From contig JBBTTY010000010.1 in the NCBI GenBank assembly GCA_038063975.1, positions 1 to 40,116 on the forward strand: 40,116 nt of DNA, read 5' to 3'. Shown here in pieces: positions 1 through 8,833 of the stretch. The number at the start of each line of letters is the position of its first letter. Within the stretch, counting starts at the first letter, position 1. A model generated the notes under the pieces. It worked only from the letters and a program-made list of their open reading frames with translations, made no database searches and was not told the DNA's origin. This DNA comes from Patescibacteria group bacterium. GTDB taxonomy: Bacteria > Patescibacteriota > Minisyncoccia > Phycocordibacterales > UBA6065. A program made the translations under genes and the position numbers.

Positions 1-85
1 ATTTTTCCCATATATACCAATTATATGAGTTGCATTTCAAACAAGAATTTTCATTTTTGCGCCCAAAGGTCTAAAAAGCTTTTTC

Positions 86-1672
86 ATGTCTATGCCTCTT
101 TGGATAAAAGAAAAACTATTCATGCGTGGAAATATCTGGAAGGAGCTTGAAAGGGTTAATGGAGGAAAAATTATTAAATATCCGCCACTTCTCTTTACCG
201 AACATCATCTGTCGCACGCGGCGAGTGCTTTCTATCCATCACCATATGAGAAAGCGGCTATTCTCACTGTCGATGGCGTGGGCGAGTGGGCTACGACTAC
301 GATATGCAAAGGAGAGGGAAAGGACATTACCATCCTCAAAGAAATGCATTTTCCGCACTCTCTCGGCCTTCTTTATTCTGCTTTTACCTATTATTGCGGA
401 TTCAAAGTCAACAGTGGTGAATACAAATTGATGGGCCTAGCGCCTTATGGTCACAATGGAAGTGCCAGAGTTTTAGAATTCAAGAAAAAGATTCTTGAAG
501 ACTTGATAAGTCTCAAAGATGACGGTTCTTTGACCTTGAATATGAGTTATTTTACATTTGCCACAGGTGATCGAATGTGTGATGACCGAAAATGGAGCAA
601 TCTTTTTGGTATACCTAGACGTCCAGCCGAAAGTCTCTTGACCCAAGAGCATTCGGATATGGCGCTTGCTATACAGGAAGTGACAGAGGAAGCCATGATC
701 CGTCTCGCAAAAACTGCGAAAAAACTGACGAATACCGATCATCTTGTTATAGCTGGCGGTGTAGCTCTCAATTGTGTGGCTAATGAGAAAGTACGCGAGG
801 CTGGAATATTCAAGGACGTTTGGATCCAACCCGCAGCTGGTGACGCCGGCGGCGCTTTGGGCGCGGCCTTGGCCGGGTATCATATTTGGGCGAACGAAAA
901 GCGTATAGTTTCCAATAAAGGAAGTGACGGTATGCAAGGATCTTATCTCGGTCCTGAATTTTCTGATATAGACACCATGCGTGTCGTGAGGAAATATGAC
1001 GCATCGTTCAAGAAATATGATAATTTTGACGATCTTTTGAATGATGTTGCTGGTTTTCTTTCTATGGGGTCTGTTGTCGCTTGGATGCAGGGAAGAATGG
1101 AGTGGGGTCCTCGCGCTCTCGGTAACAGGAGTATTTTGGGCGATCCACGAAATCCGGATATGCAAAAAAAACTCAATCTAAAGATAAAACAGCGTGAAGG
1201 TTTCAGACCGTTTGCTCCATCAGTGCTCACTGAAGACGTCTCACAATATTTTGAAACAGACAAATTTTCTCCTTACATGCTTTTTACTGCACCTGTCAAA
1301 AAATCCAGAAGGAAGCCCCTTGCTTCAGTTTACAAGCCTCTATTCGAGAGACTTTATACAGAGCGATCTGATCTTCCGTCCGTGACTCACCTCGACTATT
1401 CAGCTCGTATTCAGACTGTTTCGAAAGAAACAAACGAAAAATATTGGAAACTCATACTTGCCTTCAAGAAAAAAACCGACTACAGTGTCATTGTCAATAC
1501 TAGTTTTAATGTACGCAACGAGCCTATTGTCTGTAGTCCGGAAGATGCTTATCGATGTTTTATGTCAACAGAAATAGATTATCTCGTTATCGGTAATTTT
1601 GTTTTTGATAAAAAAACTCAACCGAAGTTTCCAAAAGGTACATTTGATCTGAAATTCAATGAATTGGATTAG
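86..1672 (+). CDS. Carbamoyltransferase (NodU/CmcH/NolO family); this frame lacks roughly the first 90 residues of the family
   Basis: The translation carries family hallmarks: HLSHAASAFYPSP, ILTVDGVGEW, GLAPYG, VIAGGVALNCVAN, WIQPAAGDAGGALGAA, RALGNRSILGDPR, FRPFAPSV, VNTSFNVRNEPIV. The frame is closed by TGA at 26-28, while a different frame is open from the window edge to position 71. Confidence 0.85.
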   Translation: MSMPLWIKEKLFMRGNIWKELERVNGGKIIKYPPLLFTEHHLSHAASAFYPSPYEKAAILTVDGVGEWATTTICKGEGKDITILKEMHFPHSLGLLYSAFTYYCGFKVNSGEYKLMGLAPYGHNGSARVLEFKKKILEDLISLKDDGSLTLNMSYFTFATGDRMCDDRKWSNLFGIPRRPAESLLTQEHSDMALAIQEVTEEAMIRLAKTAKKLTNTDHLVIAGGVALNCVANEKVREAGIFKDVWIQPAAGDAGGALGAALAGYHIWANEKRIVSNKGSDGMQGSYLGPEFSDIDTMRVVRKYDASFKKYDNFDDLLNDVAGFLSMGSVVAWMQGRMEWGPRALGNRSILGDPRNPDMQKKLNLKIKQREGFRPFAPSVLTEDVSQYFETDKFSPYMLFTAPVKKSRRKPLASVYKPLFERLYTERSDLPSVTHLDYSARIQTVSKETNEKYWKLILAFKKKTDYSVIVNTSFNVRNEPIVCSPEDAYRCFMSTEIDYLVIGNFVFDKKTQPKFPKGTFDLKFNELD

Positions 1673-2825
1673 AAAATATATTGCCAATATCGCACTAGTA
1701 GTCGCGAGTATACTCATGACTTTAGTTGTAATTGATTTTGCACTATATTTTACCCAAAAGAGATCATCAATCACCAAACTAGTCTATCCTCGTTTCTATT
1801 TTGTGAAAGATTCGGAGCTTGGACATGACATATCTCCAAATTTTGCCACAACAACTCATTTCTTTGAGGACTTCTCCTATCCTATTTGGTCGAATGATCT
1901 TGGTTGTTTTGATACTGATTATGTTGGCGAAACGCCTTATATATATATGGCTGGCGATAGTCTCACTTGGGGATTTAGCCCTTTTGACGATATGTGGGGG
2001 AAGAGGCTGGAAACATTATTGGGAATGCGGACTGTCAAATGTGGAGTGACTGGAGGCTACGGCACCAAACAAGAACTTATAAAAACAAAGAGAAGTCTCT
2101 CACGTTTACCGTCACCTAATCTCATTATCGTAGGATATTTCGAGGGTAATGATGTCATTGAAGACGCTAATTTTCCCAGCAATACTGTTTACAATGGGTA
2201 CTTAGTCAGAAATCTTGCCAAAGATGGAGTGAGTCAAGCTTTAGCAGAAGAAAAATATGCTCGTTTTGATAAATATTGTACTATAGAAATCTTATTACAT
2301 CCGATTATACAGAGGACGAGATGTTTACTTAGCAATCATTCGGTACTCTACAATCTCGTCAAGAAAGATATTCGTAAGGCACTTATTTCTTTATTTCCAC
2401 AGTCGACACTCATAAATTCAGGTTTGATTGCGCGGGAAATAGTCTTGCCGGATGCGAGATCAGAGACGGAGTATAAAAAACATCTCGATAACGTTTTAGA
2501 TTTCAAAAAATTGGCTGTAGAAGAGAATTCAAAGTTGTTGTTTGTTCTCATGTCCGGTGAAAATGAAAAATTAAAACTTTTTCTCGATAGGGAAGAAATA
2601 TCTTATGTGGATTTCCATCCAATTTTTGAAGAGTACTCAAAAATAAAATCTTTGCGTTGGAAAATAAATGGTCACCACAATATCGATGGTAATCATCTAC
2701 TTGGTTTTGTAGTCTCCAAATTTATTATTGAAAACGACTTAGTTTCAGTCGTCAACAAAACAGAATCCCTTATGATGATAGATAAGGGAATGAAAGAAGA
2801 ATTCAATGTTGCACTCAATAACTAA
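1659..2825 (+). CDS. Membrane-anchored SGNH/GDSL-type hydrolase or acyl-esterase
   Basis: There is an N-terminal hydrophobic helix (IANIALVVASILMTLVVIDFALYF). SGNH blocks are present: block I YMAGDSLTWGF, block III GYFEGNDV and block V-like IDGNHL. The start overlaps the upstream stop by 14 nt. Confidence 0.6.
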   Translation: MNWIRKYIANIALVVASILMTLVVIDFALYFTQKRSSITKLVYPRFYFVKDSELGHDISPNFATTTHFFEDFSYPIWSNDLGCFDTDYVGETPYIYMAGDSLTWGFSPFDDMWGKRLETLLGMRTVKCGVTGGYGTKQELIKTKRSLSRLPSPNLIIVGYFEGNDVIEDANFPSNTVYNGYLVRNLAKDGVSQALAEEKYARFDKYCTIEILLHPIIQRTRCLLSNHSVLYNLVKKDIRKALISLFPQSTLINSGLIAREIVLPDARSETEYKKHLDNVLDFKKLAVEENSKLLFVLMSGENEKLKLFLDREEISYVDFHPIFEEYSKIKSLRWKINGHHNIDGNHLLGFVVSKFIIENDLVSVVNKTESLMMIDKGMKEEFNVALNN

Positions 2826-3087
2826 AAATCATCGTTTACCAGCAATCTCTGCTTGTAGACTTGGGGCTTGTATAGACGACAAGATACTTCTTCTTTTTTA
2901 TTACATGTCAAAAGTGAAATATATTCTTGTCGAAGTTCACACCTATAGCACGGGCAAAACTTTGGACGATTTCATAACTCTCTGTCCGGGCTTTAAGCTC
3001 CTAGAAATTGACAAAAATCCCTATACACCAAAGGTGACCATATTGAAGCTTGTAAATGAAAAAATAAACACTGTATTTCACAAGTGA
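2806..3087 (+). CDS. Hypothetical small ORF, possibly a degenerate FkbM-type methyltransferase fragment or non-coding
   Basis: It is the only ORF in the 287-nt gap between convergent genes. The segment ILVEVHTYSTGKTLDDFITLCPGFKLLEIDKN loosely resembles V.V.T.DEF....I.LLK.DVEG of the FkbM gene at 6000-6752. No clear start context is visible; an internal ATG at 2908 is an alternative start. Confidence 0.2.
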   Translation: MLHSITKNHRLPAISACRLGACIDDKILLLFYYMSKVKYILVEVHTYSTGKTLDDFITLCPGFKLLEIDKNPYTPKVTILKLVNEKINTVFHK

Positions 3088-3112
3088 TCAAATTAGACAT
3101 GTTGGATGAATT

Positions 3113-4015
3113 TCAGGCTATAAAAGAATGAGCTTTCTTTTTTACTGGTACATTATTTTCATCGAAATCGATATATTGTTTATTTCGTGTCATAAATATG
3201 ATCGGATACGTGAACAAAAAGAGTTTATTCCAACTTTCAGGCGTCAATGATTTTAACCAGAAAAAAAGTTTAACTATGGCATTGAGTAATCCTTTTGGTT
3301 TCGATAACATCAATTGCTCTCTTCTATATTCTCCCATAAATCTATTGCTCAACTGCGTCTCGAGAATTCTAAATCTGGCTATTCGCTTGTCTATTGACCA
3401 GAGAGGTGCATGTTTGGCGAATTGTAACCACAGATAATAATCTCCAGCCAGACGCAGGCTCTCATTAATCGGTCCGGCTTTTTTCCAGAGCGATGCCATC
3501 CAAAAAACCGATTCTTGAGGAATAAAAGGAGCATTTCTACCATATATACCACTTTCTATCCACATTTGATTGTATATAAAACAAGGCCAGGTTTCAGTTA
3601 TCTGCGATGTAGCGTCTATGAAAGAATTGTTTCCTTTTAACCACTCTATGTCCGGATATCTTTGAAGCACTTTGGCGATGGTCGCAAATGCTTCTGGTTC
3701 ATATACGTCGTCCGAATTTATATACGCATAAACATCTCCAGTCGCCTTGATGAAACCTTTGTTTATGGCATCATACATACCGTTATCTTTTTCTGAAATC
3801 CAGGCATATGTCAACTTATTACATTTTATCGGATACTTTTTCTCAGCGAGAAGTATTTCATATTTCTTAATAATCGTAAGAGTGTTATCGGTCGATTTTC
3901 CGTCCACAATAATGTATTCAATCTCAAAATCACCCTCCTGTGAAAGGACACTTTCAATTGTTTCGCTTATATATTTTTTACCATTGAATACGGGTGTGAC
4001 AATGCTGAATTTCAT
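3113..4015 (-). CDS. Family 2 glycosyltransferase (WcaA-like)
   Basis: The N-terminus is FSIVTPVFNGKKYISETIESVLSQ...EYIIVDGKSTDNT...DNGMYDAINKG...YINSDD. It is a paralogue of 8834-9562, with long stretches of identity over the first ~110 aa. Confidence 0.85.
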   Translation of the reverse strand: MKFSIVTPVFNGKKYISETIESVLSQEGDFEIEYIIVDGKSTDNTLTIIKKYEILLAEKKYPIKCNKLTYAWISEKDNGMYDAINKGFIKATGDVYAYINSDDVYEPEAFATIAKVLQRYPDIEWLKGNNSFIDATSQITETWPCFIYNQMWIESGIYGRNAPFIPQESVFWMASLWKKAGPINESLRLAGDYYLWLQFAKHAPLWSIDKRIARFRILETQLSNRFMGEYRREQLMLSKPKGLLNAIVKLFFWLKSLTPESWNKLFLFTYPIIFMTRNKQYIDFDENNVPVKKKAHSFIA

Positions 4016-4054
4016 CAGGATATTAGTGTATAATGCAATCTATTATATTTCGGC

Positions 4055-4063
4055 ATTATACCA
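4055..4063 (-). promoter_or_regulatory. Candidate extended -10 promoter (TGgTATAAT on the minus strand) for the GT2 gene starting at 4015
   Basis: The plus strand reads attataCCA, which is TGGTATAAT on the minus strand. It lies about 40 nt upstream of the ATG at 4015. Confidence 0.35.
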
Positions 4064-4248
4064 TGAAGATTTTTGAAAAAGATGGAATACCATTTTGTTA
4101 TGATGCTCTCATTTTTTAGACAGCAACCTAAACCCACGACCGTGAGGTCGGGGAGGTTCACAATGCCTGTGGATGTCTTTATTCTAAGTTTTGCAATCTA
4201 TGGACTTTTCTCTATAAAAAGAGATAATACTGCCATTGCCAAATTGAA

Positions 4249-5805
4249 ATGAAGCTTTCTATCGTTGTCCCCGTATTCAATGAAGAAAAAACGATTGACG
4301 AGATACTCTCGCGTATTTTTGATGTGAAAATCCCGAGCTGGACCACGGAGGTTATTGTTGTAGATGACGCTTCCAGCGACAGGACGTCCCACATACTCAA
4401 AAATTACGCTCATAAAATCAAGGTCATCACTCATGATCAAAACAGAGGCAAGGGCACGGCGGTTACTCACGGCCTGAAAGAAGTTACAGGCGACTACATT
4501 TTGATCCAAGACGCCGATCTCGAATATCATCCGAGAGAAATTTCTTCACTCATTGCGGCGATCGGAAAAAATAACGCTCGTGTAGTCTATGGCTCGCGCA
4601 ATCTCCACCATGAAAAGAGAGAAGGCTTCATATTTCAGAGGCTCGGCGTATGGATCATAACGAAACTAATAAATTGGATGTATGGAGCGCGACTCACAGA
4701 CGTTTGGACTTGTTACAAGCTCTTTCCAAGGGATGTAAAGAAACATTTTGTGTCAGGCAGATTCGAAGCGGAGCTCCTCTTTACTTCCGCTCTCCTGCGA
4801 GGAGGACATATCATAACGGAAGTGCCTATTTCGCATGCTCCTCGCGTTGCGAATGAGGGTAAAAAGATCCGCTATCGCGACGGTTTTCGTGCCATCCGAT
4901 TACTCTTTGCTGACAAGCTCGTCAATTTGCGCAAACCGCAAGCTAGAGAAACAAACGATCACTCTCATATAATTTGTTGCCCATTTTGCAAAGCAGATCT
5001 CCTCAAAAATCCATCTGGTCTCGTATGCAAAACCCATGGGCCTTTCACCATAGACAGTTCGCACCGACCTATTCTCATAGAACGAGAAATCTATGAGCGA
5101 AACAGTTCACAACACGAATCGGGAGTGACATGGCTTAAGTCTTTTTTAAAGCAATGGCCCGATCTCTATCATGCGGTTTGGCACTACGCTTGTCCGGCGA
5201 TGATGCTCGTAAACGGACCGCGCATGATTTTGGATAGAGTCAAAGAGGGAAGCGTCGTCATAGATGTCGGCTCCGGTCCCGAGAGGTTGGGTCGGGAATT
5301 CATAAACATAGACATCTTTCCATTTCCCGAAGTGGATATTGTCTCTGATGCCACGCAATTGCCCTTCAAAAATAATACTCTCGATGGCGCTGTCTCGGAG
5401 TCTCTCTTTGAGCACGTGCCTGATGCACATCTCATCGCTCGCGAAATGGTGCGTGTGGTAAAGCCAGGCGGATACATATATGTGAGCGCACCTTTCATAC
5501 ATCCATATCACACATCTCCAGACGATTTCAATCGCTGGACGCTATCTGGTTTGAAACACATGTTCGAGGACCTAGAGATTGTAGAAGCGGGCGTGCGTTC
5601 CGGCCCTTGGAGCGCTTTTCTCCTCTTTTTTGCGTATTGGCTTGGTGTTATTTTTTCCTTTGGCTCGCGTCGTATTGCGCCTTTTCTCGCTCATATATTC
5701 ATGCTTGTCCTCGGTCCACTCAAATATCTTGACATCATCTTTATCCATATGCCCGGTTCCGAAACTGTGGCCACGCATCTTTATATTTTAGGACGGAAGA
5801 AATAA
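4249..5805 (+). CDS. Fusion protein: polyprenol-phosphate-type GT2 (DPM1/GtrB/ArnC-like) + Cys-rich zinc-ribbon linker + class I SAM methyltransferase + C-terminal TM helices
   Basis: GT2 domain: LSIVVPVFNEEKTI...VIVVDDASSDRT...NRGKGTAV...IQDADLEYHP...VYGSR. Linker: CCPFCKADL...LVCKTHG. Methyltransferase domain (Methyltransf_11-like): VIDVGSGPERLG...DATQLPF...LFEHV...VKPGGYIYVSAP. Hydrophobic tail: WSAFLLFFAYWLGVIFSF and FLAHIFMLVLGPL. Confidence 0.85.
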   Translation: MKLSIVVPVFNEEKTIDEILSRIFDVKIPSWTTEVIVVDDASSDRTSHILKNYAHKIKVITHDQNRGKGTAVTHGLKEVTGDYILIQDADLEYHPREISSLIAAIGKNNARVVYGSRNLHHEKREGFIFQRLGVWIITKLINWMYGARLTDVWTCYKLFPRDVKKHFVSGRFEAELLFTSALLRGGHIITEVPISHAPRVANEGKKIRYRDGFRAIRLLFADKLVNLRKPQARETNDHSHIICCPFCKADLLKNPSGLVCKTHGPFTIDSSHRPILIEREIYERNSSQHESGVTWLKSFLKQWPDLYHAVWHYACPAMMLVNGPRMILDRVKEGSVVIDVGSGPERLGREFINIDIFPFPEVDIVSDATQLPFKNNTLDGAVSESLFEHVPDAHLIAREMVRVVKPGGYIYVSAPFIHPYHTSPDDFNRWTLSGLKHMFEDLEIVEAGVRSGPWSAFLLFFAYWLGVIFSFGSRRIAPFLAHIFMLVLGPLKYLDIIFIHMPGSETVATHLYILGRKK

Positions 5806-5999
5806 AAAACGGCGCCATTTTTCACGTCGGGCATCTCGGGGATAGATGCTGTGTTCAGTATTGGTTTGAATCTTTTTGAACGATTTTGTATAAGTCTCAT
5901 AGACTCATACATTACAGGGGCAAGACCTTTTTGAAAAGTTCTTTCATATAATTAATGTTTTGAAAATTCGTTTTGCTCTGCTATTATAATATCAATTTG

Positions 6000-6752
6000 A
6001 TGTTCAAGCTTGTTAAGTATTTATTTTTTGGAAAAAAAATATTTCAGCCGTTATTCCGGAAATTGTTTTTGGTGTCTCTTGAAGGCATGAATATAGGCAA
6101 AGGAGGAAGTGATATGAATGAAAATGGCGAAAAGTTCGCTATAAAATATACCCTAGGAAATATCACAAATCCAATAATCTTTGATGTAGGAGCGCAGGGA
6201 GGGAATTATTCTAGAGAAGTTCTGTCTTTTACAAAAGGCAAAGCGCAGATTTATGCCTTTGAACCGAATAAAAAAGACTATGAAAAATTGCGAGAGGGTT
6301 TGTGTGAGTGGGTACATTTGATTAATTGTGCTCTCGGAGATTCTATCGGTAGATTGACTTTGTTTTCTCCAGAACATGCGAGAGGACTCAGTTCTTTCCA
6401 TAGAAAAGAGGTGGGTTTTACAGAAAGTGAAGAGGTCAGTGTGCGAACCATTGATGAGTTCTGCCAATCGGGCGAAATAAAGGAGATTACCTTACTTAAA
6501 CTTGATGTTGAGGGTCATGAGCTGATATGTCTCAAAGGCGCCCAGAAAATGCTTCCGAATATCAAATATATCCAATTTGAGATAAGTATCGCCAGTCGAG
6601 ATGCCCGTGTTTACTTCAAAGACATATACAGATTTCTTTCAGACTATAAAATTTTCCGGATTTTGAGAGATGGATTAGTTGAAATAAAAGATCCCGATAA
6701 ATTATCCGAAATTTTATTTACGACTAATTATCTTGCGGTGAGAAAAAATTAG
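6000..6752 (+). CDS. FkbM-family SAM-dependent methyltransferase
   Basis: Motifs: IFDVGAQGGNYS, IYAFEPNKKDYEKL, ALGDSIGRLTLF, VRTIDEF, ITLLKLDVEGHE, IQFE. The ORF track begins at a TTG at 5973; the first ATG in frame is at 6000. Confidence 0.8.
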   Translation: MFKLVKYLFFGKKIFQPLFRKLFLVSLEGMNIGKGGSDMNENGEKFAIKYTLGNITNPIIFDVGAQGGNYSREVLSFTKGKAQIYAFEPNKKDYEKLREGLCEWVHLINCALGDSIGRLTLFSPEHARGLSSFHRKEVGFTESEEVSVRTIDEFCQSGEIKEITLLKLDVEGHELICLKGAQKMLPNIKYIQFEISIASRDARVYFKDIYRFLSDYKIFRILRDGLVEIKDPDKLSEILFTTNYLAVRKN

Positions 6753-6763
6753 AACTTTTTCTC

Positions 6764-6907
6764 TTAAAATGTATATTCCGGGAAGCCCCAATTTTTTGAA
6801 TTTGTCTTGCACGGCACTTTTATGAAGGTGTTTATGCGGTTTATCCAGTTGTCGCCATAATTATCGTTTCGTGCAGTTACTACGAATGAAATATAGAGTT
6901 TTTCCAT
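6764..6907 (-). pseudogene. Possible 47-codon remnant of a glycosyltransferase-like gene
   Basis: The minus-strand ORF MEKLYISFVVTARNDNYGDNWINRINTFIKV... ends after 47 codons. The ISFVVTARNDNYG start resembles the N-termini of some full-length GT-like proteins (recalled from memory). It lies 18 nt downstream of the stop of 6926-7714. Confidence 0.25.
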
Positions 6908-6925
6908 TTTTCATCAAAAAAATTA

Positions 6926-7714
6926 CTATCTAAACTTAAGGGAATTTTCATCTTTTGGTGTAGTCCATTCGCCGGATTCGGGCACGAATTTTACAGGAAC
7001 AGTTTGGCATACAAATACAGTACGGAATTTGAATACATAATGTTCTTTTACTTCAAAACCAGCGACATTGAGCAAAGACTCTATGCAACTCGGTGTCATA
7101 CCCCAGAACCAGTTGGCATAGCCCTCTTCTGGCTCATAAGGGCCCGTAATCGCTCTCTGAGTGCCAATACCCCTAATCCAGATCTTTCTTTGACTTTCAG
7201 ATAAGTAAGGATAGAAAACTGCAACATTCTTCATTCCGGGTATATCCGGTATTGAGGCCGTATTGAGTATTAGTGTTTCTTTGGTGATGGTACGCAATCG
7301 CATGAGCATATGAATAGGGTCTGGAGTGTGGTAGAGAACACCTGAACACAAAACTACATCGCACCGGCCGATTTTTTTTATTGTTTCTCCAGAATTGATA
7401 TCGCCTTGTATGAATTCCGCTTTTAAATTGCGCTTTTCTTTTTCTTCTAAAAATTCTCTGGTCACGGGGTAAACATCAACAGCGACAGATCGTGTTGCGC
7501 CACTTTCCTCTGCGGCAAATGTGTGGAGTCCGTGTGTTCCCCAGAGAGCACCTATATCAGCGAAAGATTTGTTTGGCGTATATTTTTTTACGAGCTGTAT
7601 GTTATCAAAAGAGTCGCTTATAATATCTTTGCCAAAAAAAACTTTGCTAGTTTTGCGGATAATACGTTTGAGTAGTCGATTATTGATGGTTTGAACAAAA
7701 AATTTGTAAAACAT
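6926..7714 (-). CDS. Class I SAM-dependent methyltransferase
   Basis: Motifs: FADIGALWGTHG, SVAVDV, FIQGDI, DVVLCSGVLYHTPDP. The ORF track extends to 7867, but that overlaps the upstream gene that ends at 7737. The ATG at 7714 (MFYKFF...) removes the overlap. Confidence 0.75.
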   Translation of the reverse strand: MFYKFFVQTINNRLLKRIIRKTSKVFFGKDIISDSFDNIQLVKKYTPNKSFADIGALWGTHGLHTFAAEESGATRSVAVDVYPVTREFLEEKEKRNLKAEFIQGDINSGETIKKIGRCDVVLCSGVLYHTPDPIHMLMRLRTITKETLILNTASIPDIPGMKNVAVFYPYLSESQRKIWIRGIGTQRAITGPYEPEEGYANWFWGMTPSCIESLLNVAGFEVKEHYVFKFRTVFVCQTVPVKFVPESGEWTTPKDENSLKFR

Positions 7715-7736
7715 AAAAATTATTATTACATACTCT

Positions 7737-8657
7737 TTAATACTGTGCGAGAGCAGTATATTTATTCTCAAAAAATTTTGTTTTGTCACTGTAATATTGC
7801 CAATCCATGGCTTCATTCTTGAATATGATATGGGGAATGTTCCCATACCACGATGCGAATGATCCAAAACTTGAATCTGACCCGAGTATCACATCGGTTT
7901 GTGATAGAAGGAATAGATCCATAACAGCATTTTCTTTTGAAATGTATATATTCAGGTCTTTATAAAGTGTTTCATTGATTGAACCATCTGATGTTATGAG
8001 AAAAAGTGTTTTATTTATATCGAGTGACTGTTCACGAATATATTCATTAATAATAGTGCGTACACGATCTTGGCCCACAAAGAATTTTCCACTTTTGAAA
8101 ATTTTATAATCTGCCTGGCGAATATGTATACCAATGATCTTTTCATAATTGGTACGTAGGGGAGTTATGATGGTATCAAGCCGTTTTTTTATTTTATAAT
8201 TAGGTGCGAATGCTGTATAAAGTTTATCACGAAATTTTTCAAGACCAGCAGGATTTCTAAAAAGCCAACCACATAAATAGAGTGTATTACAGTTAGCAAA
8301 ACGATCAACTAGAGGTAATATCGGTGAAAGATAAGTCGCTTTATTTAGAGTGTTTTCTGATGAGAATACACATCGTGAATTGATCACAGCGATAACTTTT
8401 GATTTAAAGGCGTATTTAGCACGACCCCATTGATTTATGATGTGTGATCTTCTTCTGGGGGTCTGAAAAAAAAGAGAAAAGAGTCTTGTTGTCAGACTCT
8501 CATTAGGTAGAAACTTAAAAAAAGAGTGATATTCAAAGAACGAAGGATTTTTTACAAGAACTTTTGCTTCAAGACCAAAAGCATATATACTCAAATAATT
8601 CCATAGTTGATTTGCAAGCTCTCCACCACCGTGTTTTAAAATGACTATTTTTTTCAT
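7737..8657 (-). CDS. Divergent fucosyltransferase-superfamily (GT11-like) glycosyltransferase
   Basis: ILKHGGGELANQLWNYLSIYA matches GGLGNQMFQYA of GT11. GIHIRQADY matches HVRRGDY. FLITSDG matches FxFSDD. ILGSDSSFGSFASWYG matches ISNSSFSWWGAWL. Confidence 0.55.
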   Translation of the reverse strand: MKKIVILKHGGGELANQLWNYLSIYAFGLEAKVLVKNPSFFEYHSFFKFLPNESLTTRLFSLFFQTPRRRSHIINQWGRAKYAFKSKVIAVINSRCVFSSENTLNKATYLSPILPLVDRFANCNTLYLCGWLFRNPAGLEKFRDKLYTAFAPNYKIKKRLDTIITPLRTNYEKIIGIHIRQADYKIFKSGKFFVGQDRVRTIINEYIREQSLDINKTLFLITSDGSINETLYKDLNIYISKENAVMDLFLLSQTDVILGSDSSFGSFASWYGNIPHIIFKNEAMDWQYYSDKTKFFENKYTALAQY

Positions 8658-8833
8658 CTAATTTATCTAAAGATTTTTGTAATTCATATTATTTACGAAT
8701 AATATATCAGTAATGAAAAGTATCGAGTATCTTATAAAAATATTTTTTGCAGAAAAAATAGAATTTAGGCATTTTTTTGTTTATATATTGGACTAATTTT
8801 ATTTTTGACTTAAGTCTATAAATAGATCTTTGA

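Noticed and set aside
26-28. An in-frame TGA upstream of the carbamoyltransferase could suggest TGA recoding (genetic code 4 or 25, as in some CPR lineages).
   Set aside because: Long ORFs throughout the window are intact under the standard code. TGA clearly terminates at least one well-supported gene: the GT4 gene ends in CTATGA at 13507-13509, overlapping the next start. A recoded genome would show ORFs fragmented under standard translation.
473-1165. A long antisense ORF (230 aa) lies inside the carbamoyltransferase. Similar antisense or overlapping ORFs occur at 943-1263, 4198-4530, 5146-5511, 10713-11105, 15237-15608, 24346-24998, 27135-28292, 31854-32442 and 33013-33870.
   Set aside because: Each lies fully within a strongly supported gene on the other strand or in another frame, and none shows recognisable motifs. 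They cluster in the GC-richer genes, where stop codons are rarer by chance.
4081-4200. Part of the divergent spacer contains a small hairpin with a GNRA-type loop (CGACC-gtga-GGTCG) and a GGTTCA-containing stretch that looks superficially like a tRNA T-arm.
   Set aside because: No cloverleaf can be drawn: there is no matching T-stem, acceptor stem or anticodon arm. The hairpin is short, so I treat it as unexplained spacer structure.
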